A program made the position numbers and the translations under genes. A DNA stretch of 51,629 nt, the filler included, from Bipalium vagum (Eukaryota): NCBI GenBank assembly GCA_037834085.1. It is 3 parts of 3 records of this genome, joined end to end, with 100 filler letters (N's around TTAATTAATTAA, not from the genome) between each part and the next. Parts side by side here need not be neighbours in the genome. Positions count along the whole stretch, not along the records: positions 35,810 to 51,629 come from JBBMKC010144051.1; 2 more parts are not named here. The stretch is one strand, 5' to 3'. Below the pieces are notes generated by a model, which saw only the letters and a list, made by a program, of their open reading frames with translations, was not told where the DNA came from and did not search any database. Shown in pieces: positions 51,001 through 51,629 of the stretch (positions are counted from its first letter, which is position 1; each line of letters begins with the position of its first letter).

Positions 51001-51272
51001 AATTTTAACCAATGAATACATTTTAATATTTATTTTTGAGCTTTTTGCATGAAAATAATAAACAGATCGGTGAAAAGACAGGACAAGAGAATAAAAAATT
51101 TAATTAATTAGAATTTTTTTATAAAATGTTAAACTTAATATAAACCAAAGGATGGAGAATAAATTTGAAACATCTTTCTTTAATAATTCATCTGACAAAT
51201 AAGATTTTAATGAAACTATTTTTCGTTATTAAATTTCCATTTATGATATGATAAATGTTGAAATATAATTAC

Positions 51273-51375
51273 TTCAACGACGGATTTTTTTGTTTCAACC
51301 CAATCATCCACTGATCCATCTGTCAGAATTAATAATATAAAATAATGTTTTCCACTATTTGACGCTCTGGCTAAT
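51273..51375 (-). CDS. CPNE: Copine internal exon (103 nt, VWA domain); upstream exons lie beyond the window
   Basis: CAG|A+LARASNSGKHYFILLILTDGSVDDWVETKKSVVE|GTAATT, matching the YFVLLIITDG motif. Confidence 0.94.
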
Positions 51376-51629
51376 CTGAACGAAAAGTGAGTCAACTTTA
51401 ATTCGTTTAATCACTTTAATTAAAATATAAATCAGTAAATTTAATTAAAAATAAATTACGAAATTCTGTAACCATTAAATAATTTGAAGAATCTTGTGAA
51501 AAACTGTACCTTTTGATGTATATTTTAAACTATCTAATATTTAATATTTTATGAATTGAGAGCTTGGTTGGATGAATTTTTTGAGTTGAAACCGGATGAT
51601 TTCTACAAACAAGGTATTGAAAATCTTAT

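Overview
AT-rich genomic DNA from an invertebrate animal. Spliceosomal introns, (TTA/AAT)n microsatellites and the gene and TE content suggest a flatworm or other spiralian, but that is inference. The window is three contigs joined by artificial 100-bp linkers (44 N + TTAATTAATTAA + 44 N), so adjacency across them is unproven. Host genes: exon 1 of a Shal/Kv4 potassium channel (+), the terminal exon of a DEG/ENaC channel (+), the last four exons of a copine (-), and an intronless secreted protein (-). The rest is a dense field of mostly decayed transposons: Ty3/Gypsy, mariner, Tc1/IS630, maT (DD37D), pogo/Tigger, hAT, Merlin, Polinton/Maverick and probably a LINE. The standout is a complete, very young 271-bp miniature LTR retrotransposon (TRIM) at 5488-5758. 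It has identical 75-bp TG..CA LTRs, a GAGAT target-site duplication, an 18-nt tRNA-Arg-type primer-binding site and a polypurine tract. Each LTR folds into a single 24-bp, strand-specific hairpin capped by a perfect tRNA T-loop / Pol III B box (GGTTCGAATCC). All family calls come from motif recognition by eye; no searches were run. Boundaries of decayed elements are approximate.
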